Shown here piece after piece: positions 30,866-40,288 of a stretch of DNA of 64,000 nt. Each line of letters begins with the position of its first letter. Position 1 is the first letter of the stretch. The notes below the pieces were generated by a model that had not been told where the DNA came from, searched no databases, and saw only the letters and a program-made list of their open reading frames with translations. Source of the DNA: an uncultured virus (IMG/VR IMGVR_UViG_3300015608_002806) (taxonomy: Duplodnaviria; Heunggongvirae; Uroviricota; Caudoviricetes); the IMG/VR virus record IMGVR_UViG_3300015608_002806; one strand, 5' to 3'. Both the position numbers and the translations under genes were made by a program.

Positions 30866-31335
30866 TATTTAATTTTTATTCCATTTTTCAAATATTCTTG
30901 TTTTATTATATTTCCATCTTCATCATATTCAATATAAGCAGGACCATTTTCATTATGACGTTTACCATTTATATACCATTCTTTATACTGAACATTTCCA
31001 TTTTGATTATATCCAATAATGGCAGGACCGTTTTCATTATGATATTTGTCGTCTATATACCATTCTTTATATTTAACATTTCCTTTTTCATAATATGAAA
31101 TATAAGAAGGACTATTTTCATTATGGCGTTTACCATTTATATACCATGATTTATATTTAACATTTCCATTTTCATAATATTCAATATAAGCAGGACCATT
31201 TTCATTATGCAAATCACCATTTTTATTTCTCCATTCTAAACCAATTGCATATCCATAATCAATTATTTCCGATGGTGGATTGTATTTAATCCCATCAATT
31301 ATTGAATCTGTTTTATATAATGTATTTATGATCAT
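30865..31335 (-). CDS. MORN-like repeat protein, copy B, 156 aa (3 internal 28-aa units plus terminal unit)
   Basis: Tandem HNENGPA.I.Y..NGNV.YK.WYING.. units. Confidence 0.8.
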   Translation of the reverse strand: MIINTLYKTDSIIDGIKYNPPSEIIDYGYAIGLEWRNKNGDLHNENGPAYIEYYENGNVKYKSWYINGKRHNENSPSYISYYEKGNVKYKEWYIDDKYHNENGPAIIGYNQNGNVQYKEWYINGKRHNENGPAYIEYDEDGNIIKQEYLKNGIKIK

Positions 31336-31790
31336 TTGTTTTCACTAAATTTTTTTAAAAAATCATCAATATCAATTAATTTATTTTCTTCTTCTTCAAT
31401 TTTTGGTTTACCATTCATAAACCAATAAGCATATTTTGTTAGATCTAAATCATTTAATTTTCTAACAAGAATTCTTTGTTCAATTCCAAGAAAATCTGCC
31501 CATTCTTGCATTGTTGAATAATTCATCATTGTATATAACAATATTGACATTGAGACTATATCATTTATTTCCAAAAAACAAGATAATCTAAATTTTCCAT
31601 TTAATAATTTTGTTGATAAATATAATTTTAATGCAATCAATTCTTCTATTGTTAATTTTTCAATTATTCTTTCAAATTGAGGTGATAATTTTTTATCAAG
31701 ATAAAATTCTGCATATGGATTTTTTACTTTAACTATTTTAGAAAATCTATATTTTTTTTTATTGTATCCTGTTGGTTGTTGTGTAAACAT
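31332..31790 (-). CDS. Hypothetical protein with possible C-terminal helix-turn-helix
   Basis: QEWADFLGIEQRILVRKL. Confidence 0.5.
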   Translation of the reverse strand: MFTQQPTGYNKKKYRFSKIVKVKNPYAEFYLDKKLSPQFERIIEKLTIEELIALKLYLSTKLLNGKFRLSCFLEINDIVSMSILLYTMMNYSTMQEWADFLGIEQRILVRKLNDLDLTKYAYWFMNGKPKIEEEENKLIDIDDFLKKFSENK

Positions 31791-31813
31791 TTTATATTTT
31801 ATTTATATTAATT

Positions 31814-32524
31814 TTAAACATTTACTTTATCAAGAGTTGATGTAATTTGCTCTTCCCACATCTGAATATATGCTTCAATATTTTTTGGAAGCCATTGAGA
31901 ATATATTTTTCTATCAAGTTTGTTTCTAAGTCTCAAAAATCTGTCTTCAATTTGTTTTTCTATTTTGTTAAAAACATCATAGGCTTCATCTGCACCAGTT
32001 TCATCCATTCCTGGAATCTTAAAAGCATCTTTTTCCACATCTTCTGGTGATTTTTCTACTTTATCTGAATCTGGTTTCATTACACCATTTTCATCAAATT
32101 TACTGTTATCAAATTTAATATCAATATTTGTTGAAGCTTCTGTGATGTTTGTGGTTGTTGCTCTATCTGGAGAGCCTATAGCATTAACAGCATTTTCGCC
32201 AGCTTCAACATTTTGATCTTTTAATTTTAACATATTTTCAATAGCATTCAGTAAATGTTTTGAAAATGAATCACGTTGAGATTTATCTGTTGTCAAAGAT
32301 TTATATGCAATTTCAATTGGTTTCAAAATAGATTTTAATGTATCTTCTAGCTTGTTAATACCAGTCAGAGTATTGTATACAATTTCTTTTCCTTTTTCAT
32401 TTAAAATTTGATTTTTGACATGATTTTTCAATATCAAAAAATCAAAATTATATTCTTTTAATACTTTTTGAATATTTTGTTTTATAAAATTTCTTAATTC
32501 TTTAATATTTTCTTTTCTGTTCAA
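31814..32524 (-). CDS. Hypothetical protein, possible internal head protein
   Basis: TTG start with AAGGA; (L/I)xE motifs VLKE, ILNE, ITEA. Confidence 0.5.
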   Translation of the reverse strand: MNRKENIKELRNFIKQNIQKVLKEYNFDFLILKNHVKNQILNEKGKEIVYNTLTGINKLEDTLKSILKPIEIAYKSLTTDKSQRDSFSKHLLNAIENMLKLKDQNVEAGENAVNAIGSPDRATTTNITEASTNIDIKFDNSKFDENGVMKPDSDKVEKSPEDVEKDAFKIPGMDETGADEAYDVFNKIEKQIEDRFLRLRNKLDRKIYSQWLPKNIEAYIQMWEEQITSTLDKVNV

Positions 32525-32539
32525 AGTAATTTTTCCTTA

Positions 32540-32983
32540 TTATTGTTTAAATCTTTTAACATTTATTTTCTTGCTACCGTACTTGCTGCCAGAATTAACG
32601 TTAGATTTGTTTGGCTGTAATGAGCCTTGTACACCACCACCAGCACCAGAGGAAATCTCAGTAATTGATTCTGCGTCGTCCTGATTGAAATCTGACTGCT
32701 CTTCTGACTCTTCTTCTTGCATGTGGAGGTCCATTAACTTTTGCACTCTTCTATAAAGTTTTCTCACACGATTTTTAATAGTTTTTTTAAGATCCAAATC
32801 ATCTTTTGAGACATTAATTGCATCTATAAAATTTATAACACTTTCAAATGAAGCATTTATTTCTTTAATTTGTTCAGGAAGTGTTTCCATGAATTCTTCA
32901 TGTGTTATTTTTTCATTTATTTTATCTTTTTGATAATCTTCAAAATTATCAAGCATTTTATTAAAAAAATCTCTGTTTGACAT
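32540..32983 (-). CDS. Hypothetical protein, possible internal head protein
   Basis: Acidic linker then ITEISSGAGGGVQG. Confidence 0.5.
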   Translation of the reverse strand: MSNRDFFNKMLDNFEDYQKDKINEKITHEEFMETLPEQIKEINASFESVINFIDAINVSKDDLDLKKTIKNRVRKLYRRVQKLMDLHMQEEESEEQSDFNQDDAESITEISSGAGGGVQGSLQPNKSNVNSGSKYGSKKINVKRFKQ

Positions 32984-33141
32984 TATTTTTTATTCTCTTC
33001 TTTGTCTGTTCTGGTGAGCATCAAGTCTCTCCATTCGGGTTTTAATTTATTTAAAGCTTTTTTCCTATCTTCAATAACACTATTTTCTAAAAATTCTTTA
33101 AAATCAAACTTTCTTTCCTCTTTTTTGTTTTCTTTTGTCAT
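32983..33141 (-). CDS. Small hypothetical protein (52 aa, not in ORF track)
   Basis: MTKENKKEERKFDF...DKEENKK*, coupled by TAATG to the next gene, GAGG upstream. Confidence 0.5.
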   Translation of the reverse strand: MTKENKKEERKFDFKEFLENSVIEDRKKALNKLKPEWRDLMLTRTDKEENKK

Positions 33142-33397
33142 TTTCTTCCTCTTTTTTTAATTCTATTTCTTTTTTTTCTTCAATAATATTATTATTTTCT
33201 AATTTTAAAGAAATATTTTCAAAAGTATTTAATTGTTTTTCATTAATTTGGACACTTTCTCTTTCTTTTTTAATATATTCATAATAAAATTTTGAAAAAC
33301 CAGATAATTTTATTTCATTAGCAATTTTTTCAACATCATTTATATTTATATTTTCATTTGCATACATTTCTCTTTTTATTTTTTTAAGTCTAGACAT
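33104..33397 (-). CDS. Hypothetical protein
   Basis: Start MSRLKK preceded by a GGAG RBS. Confidence 0.5.
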   Translation of the reverse strand: MSRLKKIKREMYANENININDVEKIANEIKLSGFSKFYYEYIKKERESVQINEKQLNTFENISLKLENNNIIEEKKEIELKKEEENDKRKQKRGKKV

Positions 33398-33438
33398 ATT
33401 GCTCCGTTTAATTATGGATTTTTTACAAAAAATCAAAT

Positions 33439-33660
33439 TTAATCATTATAGTTTGTTCCAGATGAAGATACTGTTTTAAGAGAAGCTCCATTTGTATCAC
33501 CATTAATTACATTTCTCAATGATGCAATTCCTCTTTGTGTTAAAGAAATAGGTAAAACTTGTATTGTAGTAATATCAGAAATTATATTTAATGTTTGTAT
33601 TTCAAATTTTTCATTTATTCGACGATTTATTCCGTTTTTGGCACCTGTTGAAATGATCAT
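33439..33660 (-). CDS. Hypothetical protein
   Basis: 73 aa ORF with AAGGGAG RBS. Confidence 0.55.
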   Translation of the reverse strand: MIISTGAKNGINRRINEKFEIQTLNIISDITTIQVLPISLTQRGIASLRNVINGDTNGASLKTVSSSGTNYND

Positions 33661-33934
33661 TAAAATCGCTCCCTTGTAATTTTTTTTATTTTTTGCCCTT
33701 GACCGCCTCTTGACAGCGCATAACTGCTTAAATTGCAGCTCGGGGATATATATTAATAATTATTAAATTTAATAAATTAAATAAAGAAATAAAATAGATT
33801 AAAGGTTTATAAATATATAGCTACGCTAATAAATATACAATATAATAAATTTTATAATATAAATTAAATGTATTAAAGGTAATAAAATGTAATAATATAT
33901 ATTAAATTATATTCATTATAATAATATAATACAT
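33661..33934. other. Intergenic region: short GC-rich segment then ~190 bp of extreme AT content; candidate replication origin or regulatory region
   Basis: Longest non-coding stretch I found; about 15 G+C in 180 bp (33751-33930) by hand count. Confidence 0.35.
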
Positions 33935-34369
33935 TTAATTTATCTGAACTATTATTTTATCTTTTCTTATAGATATAATTTTATAAGACATTAATTTACT
34001 TTTATCTTTTAATACCTTAAATCCATTTAATTTAATTAAATAAGATGAATTAATTATTTTATTTATATCTATTTCATAGATTAAATTATCATTCTTGTTT
34101 AAAAAATAAATATTACCATAAATTTTATCCATTGAATTATTTATTATATAATTAACTTTAATTTTATCTTTAGCTGATACTTTAATTCTTTTTTTAAAGT
34201 TAATCACACTGAAACCTATTAAATGTAATTTACATTCTGATAATGTATGTATATAATTTATTTTATTTATATCTCTATTTAGTTTAATACAATGAAATGG
34301 AGCTAATAATAATATATCATTAATTTCTTTTATTACATGAAAATTTTTAATTTTAGGAGTTACAATCAT
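33935..34369 (-). CDS. Hypothetical protein (very AT-rich)
   Basis: 144 aa stop-free frame in very AT-rich DNA. Confidence 0.4.
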   Translation of the reverse strand: MIVTPKIKNFHVIKEINDILLLAPFHCIKLNRDINKINYIHTLSECKLHLIGFSVINFKKRIKVSAKDKIKVNYIINNSMDKIYGNIYFLNKNDNLIYEIDINKIINSSYLIKLNGFKVLKDKSKLMSYKIISIRKDKIIVQIN

Positions 34370-34661
34370 GGCAATTACCGAAAATGATCAAATGGAAATT
34401 TGGTACGGAAAAGATTTTTTCAATAAAGATATTGAAATTACAGATTTTGATTTATTGAATTTTTTAAATTCAATGTCAAAAATAGAAAATGTTGAAGGGC
34501 ATGATTCAAACATGTTTAAGTCATTGTTTGAACACGCCCTGAAAGAAGATTTCATAACACTCCATGATGGGAGTAGATTGGTTAGAAGATGTTTAGCTGC
34601 AAAAGAACAAAATTGGAATGATATTTATGATTTATTGTCAGAAACAATTAAAAATCAATAA
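34368..34661 (+). CDS. Hypothetical protein
   Basis: AGGAG RBS; only convincing + strand gene in the minus-strand block. Confidence 0.6.
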   Translation: MAITENDQMEIWYGKDFFNKDIEITDFDLLNFLNSMSKIENVEGHDSNMFKSLFEHALKEDFITLHDGSRLVRRCLAAKEQNWNDIYDLLSETIKNQ

Positions 34662-34663
34662 TA

Positions 34664-35419
34664 TTATTTAATTTTATTAATTGTCTTCTTAAGTCTCTCA
34701 AGAAGGAAATTTTGAAATCCTTTATTTTGGTTTTTTGATTCCAATTCAAGTTTTGAAAATCTTTTATCTTTTCCTGGTTTTTTCTTTAGAGGATCTTCAT
34801 CTGGTTTGACCTGATCATCTTGTTTAGGTAGAGATTCAGGGCTATCCATGTCCAGTTTATTGAACATTCTATCAGATGCTGATGGTTGAATTTGTTGATT
34901 TCGAGATCCTGATGTTTGAACTGGTCCGTCATCCAAATCAAGTTGAGGTTTTCTCCTTGATGGATCATTTAAATCAACATCCTCACCAGTCACTTTGCTC
35001 AATACAGCTCTTTTGTCTCTTAGTTCATTTGAGTCAATTTCATCACCAAGTTTTTCACTTGCCCATTTAACAAGATCTTGTCTTGGCATAGCAAATTCAA
35101 AATCGTTTCCAAGCCATTGATTTACACTTCCTTCTGTTTGAAGGACTGAAGTTAATGGATCTGGTTCTTTTTTTGACACATCAGGTGAGTTATTCTTGCT
35201 ATCACCCTTTTTTACAACTGGTATTGGCCAATAATATTTTTGACCTTCGCTATCTGTATCTTCAATTAGTTTAATTGTAAAATTATAATTACCCCAACTA
35301 AATGGATAGTTTGTTTTTTGAACAGCTCCATTTTGTGATGGATTTGATTGATTTTTTGGTGGTAAATCATTTTCATTAAGTAAAGATTTTATATTTTTAA
35401 GTTTTAGTTTCATGAACAT
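34664..35419 (-). CDS. Hypothetical protein, possible internal head protein
   Basis: KLKLKNIKSLLNE N-terminus, low-complexity linkers, C-terminal LLE. Confidence 0.55.
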   Translation of the reverse strand: MFMKLKLKNIKSLLNENDLPPKNQSNPSQNGAVQKTNYPFSWGNYNFTIKLIEDTDSEGQKYYWPIPVVKKGDSKNNSPDVSKKEPDPLTSVLQTEGSVNQWLGNDFEFAMPRQDLVKWASEKLGDEIDSNELRDKRAVLSKVTGEDVDLNDPSRRKPQLDLDDGPVQTSGSRNQQIQPSASDRMFNKLDMDSPESLPKQDDQVKPDEDPLKKKPGKDKRFSKLELESKNQNKGFQNFLLERLKKTINKIK

Positions 35420-35431
35420 CCCCTAAGTTAA

Positions 35432-37267
35432 TTATCGTTTTTTTTGTAAAAATTTATTCATTTTATCATTTGATAAAATAATATTTAAATTTTCTTCTAT
35501 TGTTTCAACAGCTCCGGTTTCTGGATTTATTGTAATTTTTCTTTTTTGTTTAACAGGAGCTGATTTTATTTCATTAGGATCTCTTAAATCAAGATTTGCA
35601 ATTTTTTTATCTGGAGAAGCATTAAATTTGCTTGGAAGAATTCTATATCCTTTATCTACATATGTTATTTGATAATCTTTTGTGGATTGATTTTTTTGTT
35701 TTGCTTGTGTTGCAATTCTATCTCTTTCTTTTTCCGCTTTTGTTATTGCAATACCAATATCAAATTTTGCATCTTTTTCATCATCAGATAATTCTCTATT
35801 AAGTTTATCAAAATCAAGAAATTCTTGTCTTAATTGATTAACTTTTTGATTTGCTTGTTGATATAATGGATCTTTTTCCCAAGATTTGTCCTCTAATCTA
35901 TCAGAAGGTCTTGCATTTGTTGTTTTTGTCAAAGTAGAACCAAGACCACCACCCTTGTCTTTGATTGAATTTTCTATAAAGTTTGCAATTTCTGATACAG
36001 GTACTGATGTTTGTATATATTTAAATTGTGTTGAGTTATTTTTATCTACAGGCATTTTTTTAAAAAATTGAACACCTTGCATTAAATTACCATTAAACAT
36101 TAATTTACCATTTGTATATGTTTCCATATTTTTTAATAATGTTTGCTCTGGTTCATATTTTGAAGTTGATAAATAATTTTTTAATGATTTTTGTATATTT
36201 TCATTTAATGCATTTTTTGGATTGCCTTCAAAAGAAATTTCGTGAACTGTATTTTCTCTAATTGCCAAATAATTATATTTATATTGTTGTCCAAGGTGAC
36301 TCATTGGTATACCCTCTTGAAACCACCATACAATTAAATATGCATTTTGATAATTTGTTAAATTGCCATTTTGATCACATGCAAAGATAATTTTAGCATT
36401 ATAATTATCAACAGTTTCTGTTAAATTAACTTTTTGCATTTTTGAATCAGCTGCATTTACAACATTTGTAGCTGAATCCTCTTGAGATTGTTCAAAATTA
36501 TTTAATCTATCTAAGTCTGTTTGAGAGATTTTATTTCCAGAATCATTTGAAAATAAATTTTGGAATCTTTTTGATTTTTCTAAAGGGGTTTTTGGTTGTG
36601 GTGTTATATCGTCTATATCAATTTTAGGTGCTTCATTTAAAACAGATAAATTTTTTAATTTAATTTTTCTAATTTTATTTTCCAATTCTAATTTCCTTAT
36701 TGTTTTTGGTTTATCTATTAATTTATAACCTGTATCAATATTAGAAAACAATTTTTCTAATGTTTTTTTAATTTCTGGATTTTCTGATATAGGTGTGTCA
36801 TAAATGCCACCAGCAACCTCATCCATTACTTTAATTATTCCACTATATATACTTTTTTCCATTGGATCTAATGATAGATCTTGTAGTTTATGAAAATAAT
36901 AAGATTTATCTCTCATAAATTCTTTGTGATTTGTTTTAAATTTATCTTTGTATTCATTTCTATATTCTTCAACGTTTGCTTTACCAAGTCCTCCATATTG
37001 TTTTCTTATTTCCTGGTTTGAAGCTTTTTCATTATTGCTTTCAATTGTGGCATATCTTTTCCATTCAGATTGGGGAGTTCCATCTGAATTAGATTTAGCA
37101 TATAAAAAATTAATAAAATCTAATTCTGGAAATCTTGGATTTTCAGTTTTTTCTTGTTTTACTAATAAATATTCAGTCTTTCCTTGTGTTGGAGGTTCAA
37201 GTTTATATAAAATTGTACTATTTACTTTGTCTTTATTAATAGTTTTTATTGCAAAAATTTGATTCAT
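35432..37267 (-). CDS. Hypothetical protein, possible internal head protein
   Basis: 611 aa; internal KIKLKNLSVLNEA motif. Confidence 0.55.
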   Translation of the reverse strand: MNQIFAIKTINKDKVNSTILYKLEPPTQGKTEYLLVKQEKTENPRFPELDFINFLYAKSNSDGTPQSEWKRYATIESNNEKASNQEIRKQYGGLGKANVEEYRNEYKDKFKTNHKEFMRDKSYYFHKLQDLSLDPMEKSIYSGIIKVMDEVAGGIYDTPISENPEIKKTLEKLFSNIDTGYKLIDKPKTIRKLELENKIRKIKLKNLSVLNEAPKIDIDDITPQPKTPLEKSKRFQNLFSNDSGNKISQTDLDRLNNFEQSQEDSATNVVNAADSKMQKVNLTETVDNYNAKIIFACDQNGNLTNYQNAYLIVWWFQEGIPMSHLGQQYKYNYLAIRENTVHEISFEGNPKNALNENIQKSLKNYLSTSKYEPEQTLLKNMETYTNGKLMFNGNLMQGVQFFKKMPVDKNNSTQFKYIQTSVPVSEIANFIENSIKDKGGGLGSTLTKTTNARPSDRLEDKSWEKDPLYQQANQKVNQLRQEFLDFDKLNRELSDDEKDAKFDIGIAITKAEKERDRIATQAKQKNQSTKDYQITYVDKGYRILPSKFNASPDKKIANLDLRDPNEIKSAPVKQKRKITINPETGAVETIEENLNIILSNDKMNKFLQKKR

Positions 37268-37372
37268 TTTGTAATTCCGATTAAATCAATATAATTATAA
37301 TGAATTTTTTTACATTATATTTTAATTTTAAAAAATTTCTAATATTTAAATTAGAACTTTGGAGACAAATTA

Positions 37373-38422
37373 ATGTCAATTTTAAATGAAGCTATATTGG
37401 ATGCAAAAATGATTAGAGAATCAGCTAAAAAAGTTGCACTCAATGCTTTGAAAGAAAAATATTCAGATGAATATAGAAAAAATTTTAAAAACACACTTTT
37501 TCAACAATTAAATGAAGCCCCTGGTCAATTGCCAGATAAAGAAGTACCGGAAGAAGATTTTAATTTAGATGAATTAGGGCAAGAAGAACAAACAAATGCA
37601 GAAAATAATCAAGTAGATGATCTTGGTATTGGTGGCGGTGGTGACTCATTGGGAGGTGATTTAGGAGCAAACGGCCAAGAAAAACCAGAAAATCAAGAGG
37701 TTATGAATGCAATCCCTCACGCTTTCAAGGACAAAAATGATACTTGTCAATGTCCTGAAAAAGATGAGGAACTGACAATTGATTTAGGAGATCTTTCTCA
37801 AAGTATTAATGATGAAGTTATGGATAATTTGGGTGATTCTCCTGTTGATAGAGAACAATTCTCTTCAAATATGGATGAGGAACTACCAATGAACGATTCT
37901 CTTGATGATGAAGATGAAAAATTTGAACTAAATCGTGAATCACTTGAGAGATTTCTTGATTTAGAAGATGAATTAAAAGACAAAATTAGTGAATTATCTG
38001 CAAAAAACAGATATTTGACTGAAAAACTTGAAGAATTAATTGAATCAAATCAATTTATTTCTTCAAAATTAGAAAAGACAAATGTTGAGCTTAAAAAAGC
38101 TTCTTCATTGAATCTTAAATTGCTATATAAAAACAAAGTTCTCTCTGATGCTTCTTTGAATGAGCGTCAAAAGAGATCAATGTTGGAAAACATAAGCAAA
38201 CTTAATAATAATGAAGCTGAAATGTTGCCAAACATCTATGAAATGCTAAAGGAAGCAATTGGAGGGGCTCGTAAACCAGCCCAAAGTGAATCTCTTTTTG
38301 AAATTACCAACGGCAAGGGCAACAATTTCTTTATTGGAAACAATAATGCTGAATCAGGCAAAAATGAAACCAATGAAGGCTTCAAACGTTGGAAGCAATT
38401 AGCTAGAATAATTGAAGATTAA
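37373..38422 (+). CDS. Prohead core scaffolding protein (T4 gp22-like)
   Basis: ILNEAI.DAK..RE.A, acidic middle, NLKLLYKNKVL, RWKQLA.I C-terminus; directly upstream of MCP. Confidence 0.75.
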   Translation: MSILNEAILDAKMIRESAKKVALNALKEKYSDEYRKNFKNTLFQQLNEAPGQLPDKEVPEEDFNLDELGQEEQTNAENNQVDDLGIGGGGDSLGGDLGANGQEKPENQEVMNAIPHAFKDKNDTCQCPEKDEELTIDLGDLSQSINDEVMDNLGDSPVDREQFSSNMDEELPMNDSLDDEDEKFELNRESLERFLDLEDELKDKISELSAKNRYLTEKLEELIESNQFISSKLEKTNVELKKASSLNLKLLYKNKVLSDASLNERQKRSMLENISKLNNNEAEMLPNIYEMLKEAIGGARKPAQSESLFEITNGKGNNFFIGNNNAESGKNETNEGFKRWKQLARIIED

Positions 38423-38446
38423 TTTCAAAGGAGTAAAAATAAAAAA

Positions 38447-40177
38447 ATGTCACAACAATTATACGAATGGCTTAATGAGGGTTCAAAAGATGAATTTCTC
38501 TCTCGTAAAAAAGTCACAAAACTAATAGTCGAAAAATGGAACAAAACTGGTCTTCTAGAGGGTACTGCTGATAAAACTTATAATCAAGTTAAATCAAATA
38601 TTGCAGTCCTTCTAGAGAACCAACTTCGTTACAATAAAAAAATGCAACTAATCAATGAGACTTCGGCATTGGCATCAGCTGACGTACAAGGCACTTCAAC
38701 TGCTGTGTTCCCAATGATTAGACGTATTTTTGCAGAAATCGTTGCAAATGAACTTGTGTCCGTGCAACCACTGTCGCAACCAACTGGTCTGATTTTCTTC
38801 CTTGATTTTCAAGCTGGAACCTCAAAAGGTGTTGGTCACGCATTCAATGCTTCTGTTTATGGTGGTGGTGTTGTTGGTTCACAAATCACTGGTGGTCTTG
38901 ATCTAAGCTCAGCCAATCTTGAATCTGGTCCATATTCACTTAATTTTGGATATAGCTCACCAACAGGTTCAGCAACTGCTTCTCTAACTGCACTGATTTC
39001 AGGCACAGTTGGTGCTGGCAACAATGAACTAGATAGAGCTGTTGAGTTTGATGTGGATCTTTCAGGTTCAGCTGTGGTTGTATTTAGTGCTCCCCTTTCT
39101 TCATTCACTCAAATCAATCAAAAGGGTTTCATTACACTAACTGATCAAACCACAACTGGTGATTACGTTGCAACTCAAGTTCGTAGACTCACCTCATTCT
39201 CAGGTTCATCAACCACATTGCTCAAACTTGTTTATGTTGTTACTGGTACACTTGGCACTCAAGTAACTGGTATGACTGGTTCACCAAGAACCTTCAAATG
39301 GGCAATCGTTGATGATTTCCAAAATGTTGGTTCACATGCTCTCGGTGCAGTAGTTGGTGACCCAGCTTGGGGTTTTGAATTTGGTGGTAACACTGGTGAG
39401 AACGCTGCAATTCCTGAAATTGACATCAAAATTGATTCAATCAGCATTACAACTCTAACCAAGAAACTAAAAGCACGCTGGACTCCAGAACTAGCACAAG
39501 ATCTTGATGCATATCAAAATCTAGATGCCGAAGTTGAACTAACTTCAGTTATCTCAGAGCTAATTGGTCTTGAAATTGATGCTGAAATTCTCGGTGATCT
39601 GTTCCAAAACGCAAGAGACAAGGGTGCCGCAACTCGTTACTGGTCACGTCGCCCAGGTCAATTCTTGAACGTTCTAACTGGTGATCTATTGGCTGCCGCA
39701 GATCAAGGTGATTTCACTGGAAACGTATCAGAATGGTACATGACTCTTATCGAAAGAATGAATGACGTATCTGGACAAATTCATCGTTACGTTCTTCGGG
39801 GTGGTGCAAACTGGGTTGTAACTTCACCTGACGTTGTTGGTATTCTTGAGAGCACCAATCTCTGGCGTGCCGATATGTCAAATGATGATAACAAGGGTTC
39901 AGCTGGTGTCATGAAATCAGGTAGCATTTCAACCAAGAAATGGGATGTTTACAGCACTCCATACTTCTTCCGAAATGTTATTCTGCTTGGCCGCAAAGGC
40001 AAAGAGGCTCTTGAAACTGGTTACATTTATGCACCTTATGTACCACTTCAAACCACTCAAGCAATTCCTGACCCTGATACGTTCGTAATCAATAAAGGTG
40101 TTATGACTCGTTATGGCAAGAAACTAATTAACCCAAGAAACTATGGTCTTGTGTTCGTTAAGAATCTAATGTCCTAA
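38447..40177 (+). CDS. Major capsid protein, T4 gp23-like
   Basis: KW.KTGLLEG, AVLLENQ, PMIRRIF...LVSVQPL..PTGLIFFLDF, KLKARWTPELAQDL, YAPYVPL, GVMTRYG. Confidence 0.95.
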   Translation: MSQQLYEWLNEGSKDEFLSRKKVTKLIVEKWNKTGLLEGTADKTYNQVKSNIAVLLENQLRYNKKMQLINETSALASADVQGTSTAVFPMIRRIFAEIVANELVSVQPLSQPTGLIFFLDFQAGTSKGVGHAFNASVYGGGVVGSQITGGLDLSSANLESGPYSLNFGYSSPTGSATASLTALISGTVGAGNNELDRAVEFDVDLSGSAVVVFSAPLSSFTQINQKGFITLTDQTTTGDYVATQVRRLTSFSGSSTTLLKLVYVVTGTLGTQVTGMTGSPRTFKWAIVDDFQNVGSHALGAVVGDPAWGFEFGGNTGENAAIPEIDIKIDSISITTLTKKLKARWTPELAQDLDAYQNLDAEVELTSVISELIGLEIDAEILGDLFQNARDKGAATRYWSRRPGQFLNVLTGDLLAAADQGDFTGNVSEWYMTLIERMNDVSGQIHRYVLRGGANWVVTSPDVVGILESTNLWRADMSNDDNKGSAGVMKSGSISTKKWDVYSTPYFFRNVILLGRKGKEALETGYIYAPYVPLQTTQAIPDPDTFVINKGVMTRYGKKLINPRNYGLVFVKNLMS

Positions 40178-40205
40178 TTATTTAGAGAGTATTGTTAATA
40201 CAAAT

Positions 40206-40237
40206 CACCCCGGCCAACCCGGGGTGTTTTTGTTTTT
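40206..40237 (+). terminator. Rho-independent terminator after MCP
   Basis: CACCCCGG-ccaac-CCGGGGTG followed by TTTTTGTTTTT. Confidence 0.85.
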
Positions 40238-40263
40238 GCTTTTTAGAAAATATTTTTTTTGGA

Positions 40264-40288
40264 TTGACCGGGGTGATTTGGTTATAAT
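40264..40288 (+). promoter_or_regulatory. Candidate promoter of the endonuclease gene
   Basis: TTGACC and TATAAT boxes, but the spacer is only 13 bp; AAGGT RBS follows. Confidence 0.35.

Noticed and set aside
33695..33750. tRNA or structured ncRNA
   Set aside because: Only a 4-bp hairpin; no acceptor stem, T-loop or D-loop consensus.
38447..40177. Foreign origin of the capsid gene because of its higher GC and different codon usage
   Set aside because: Gly/Ala/Thr-rich composition and TTC/AAC/ATC preference are typical of highly expressed phage genes.
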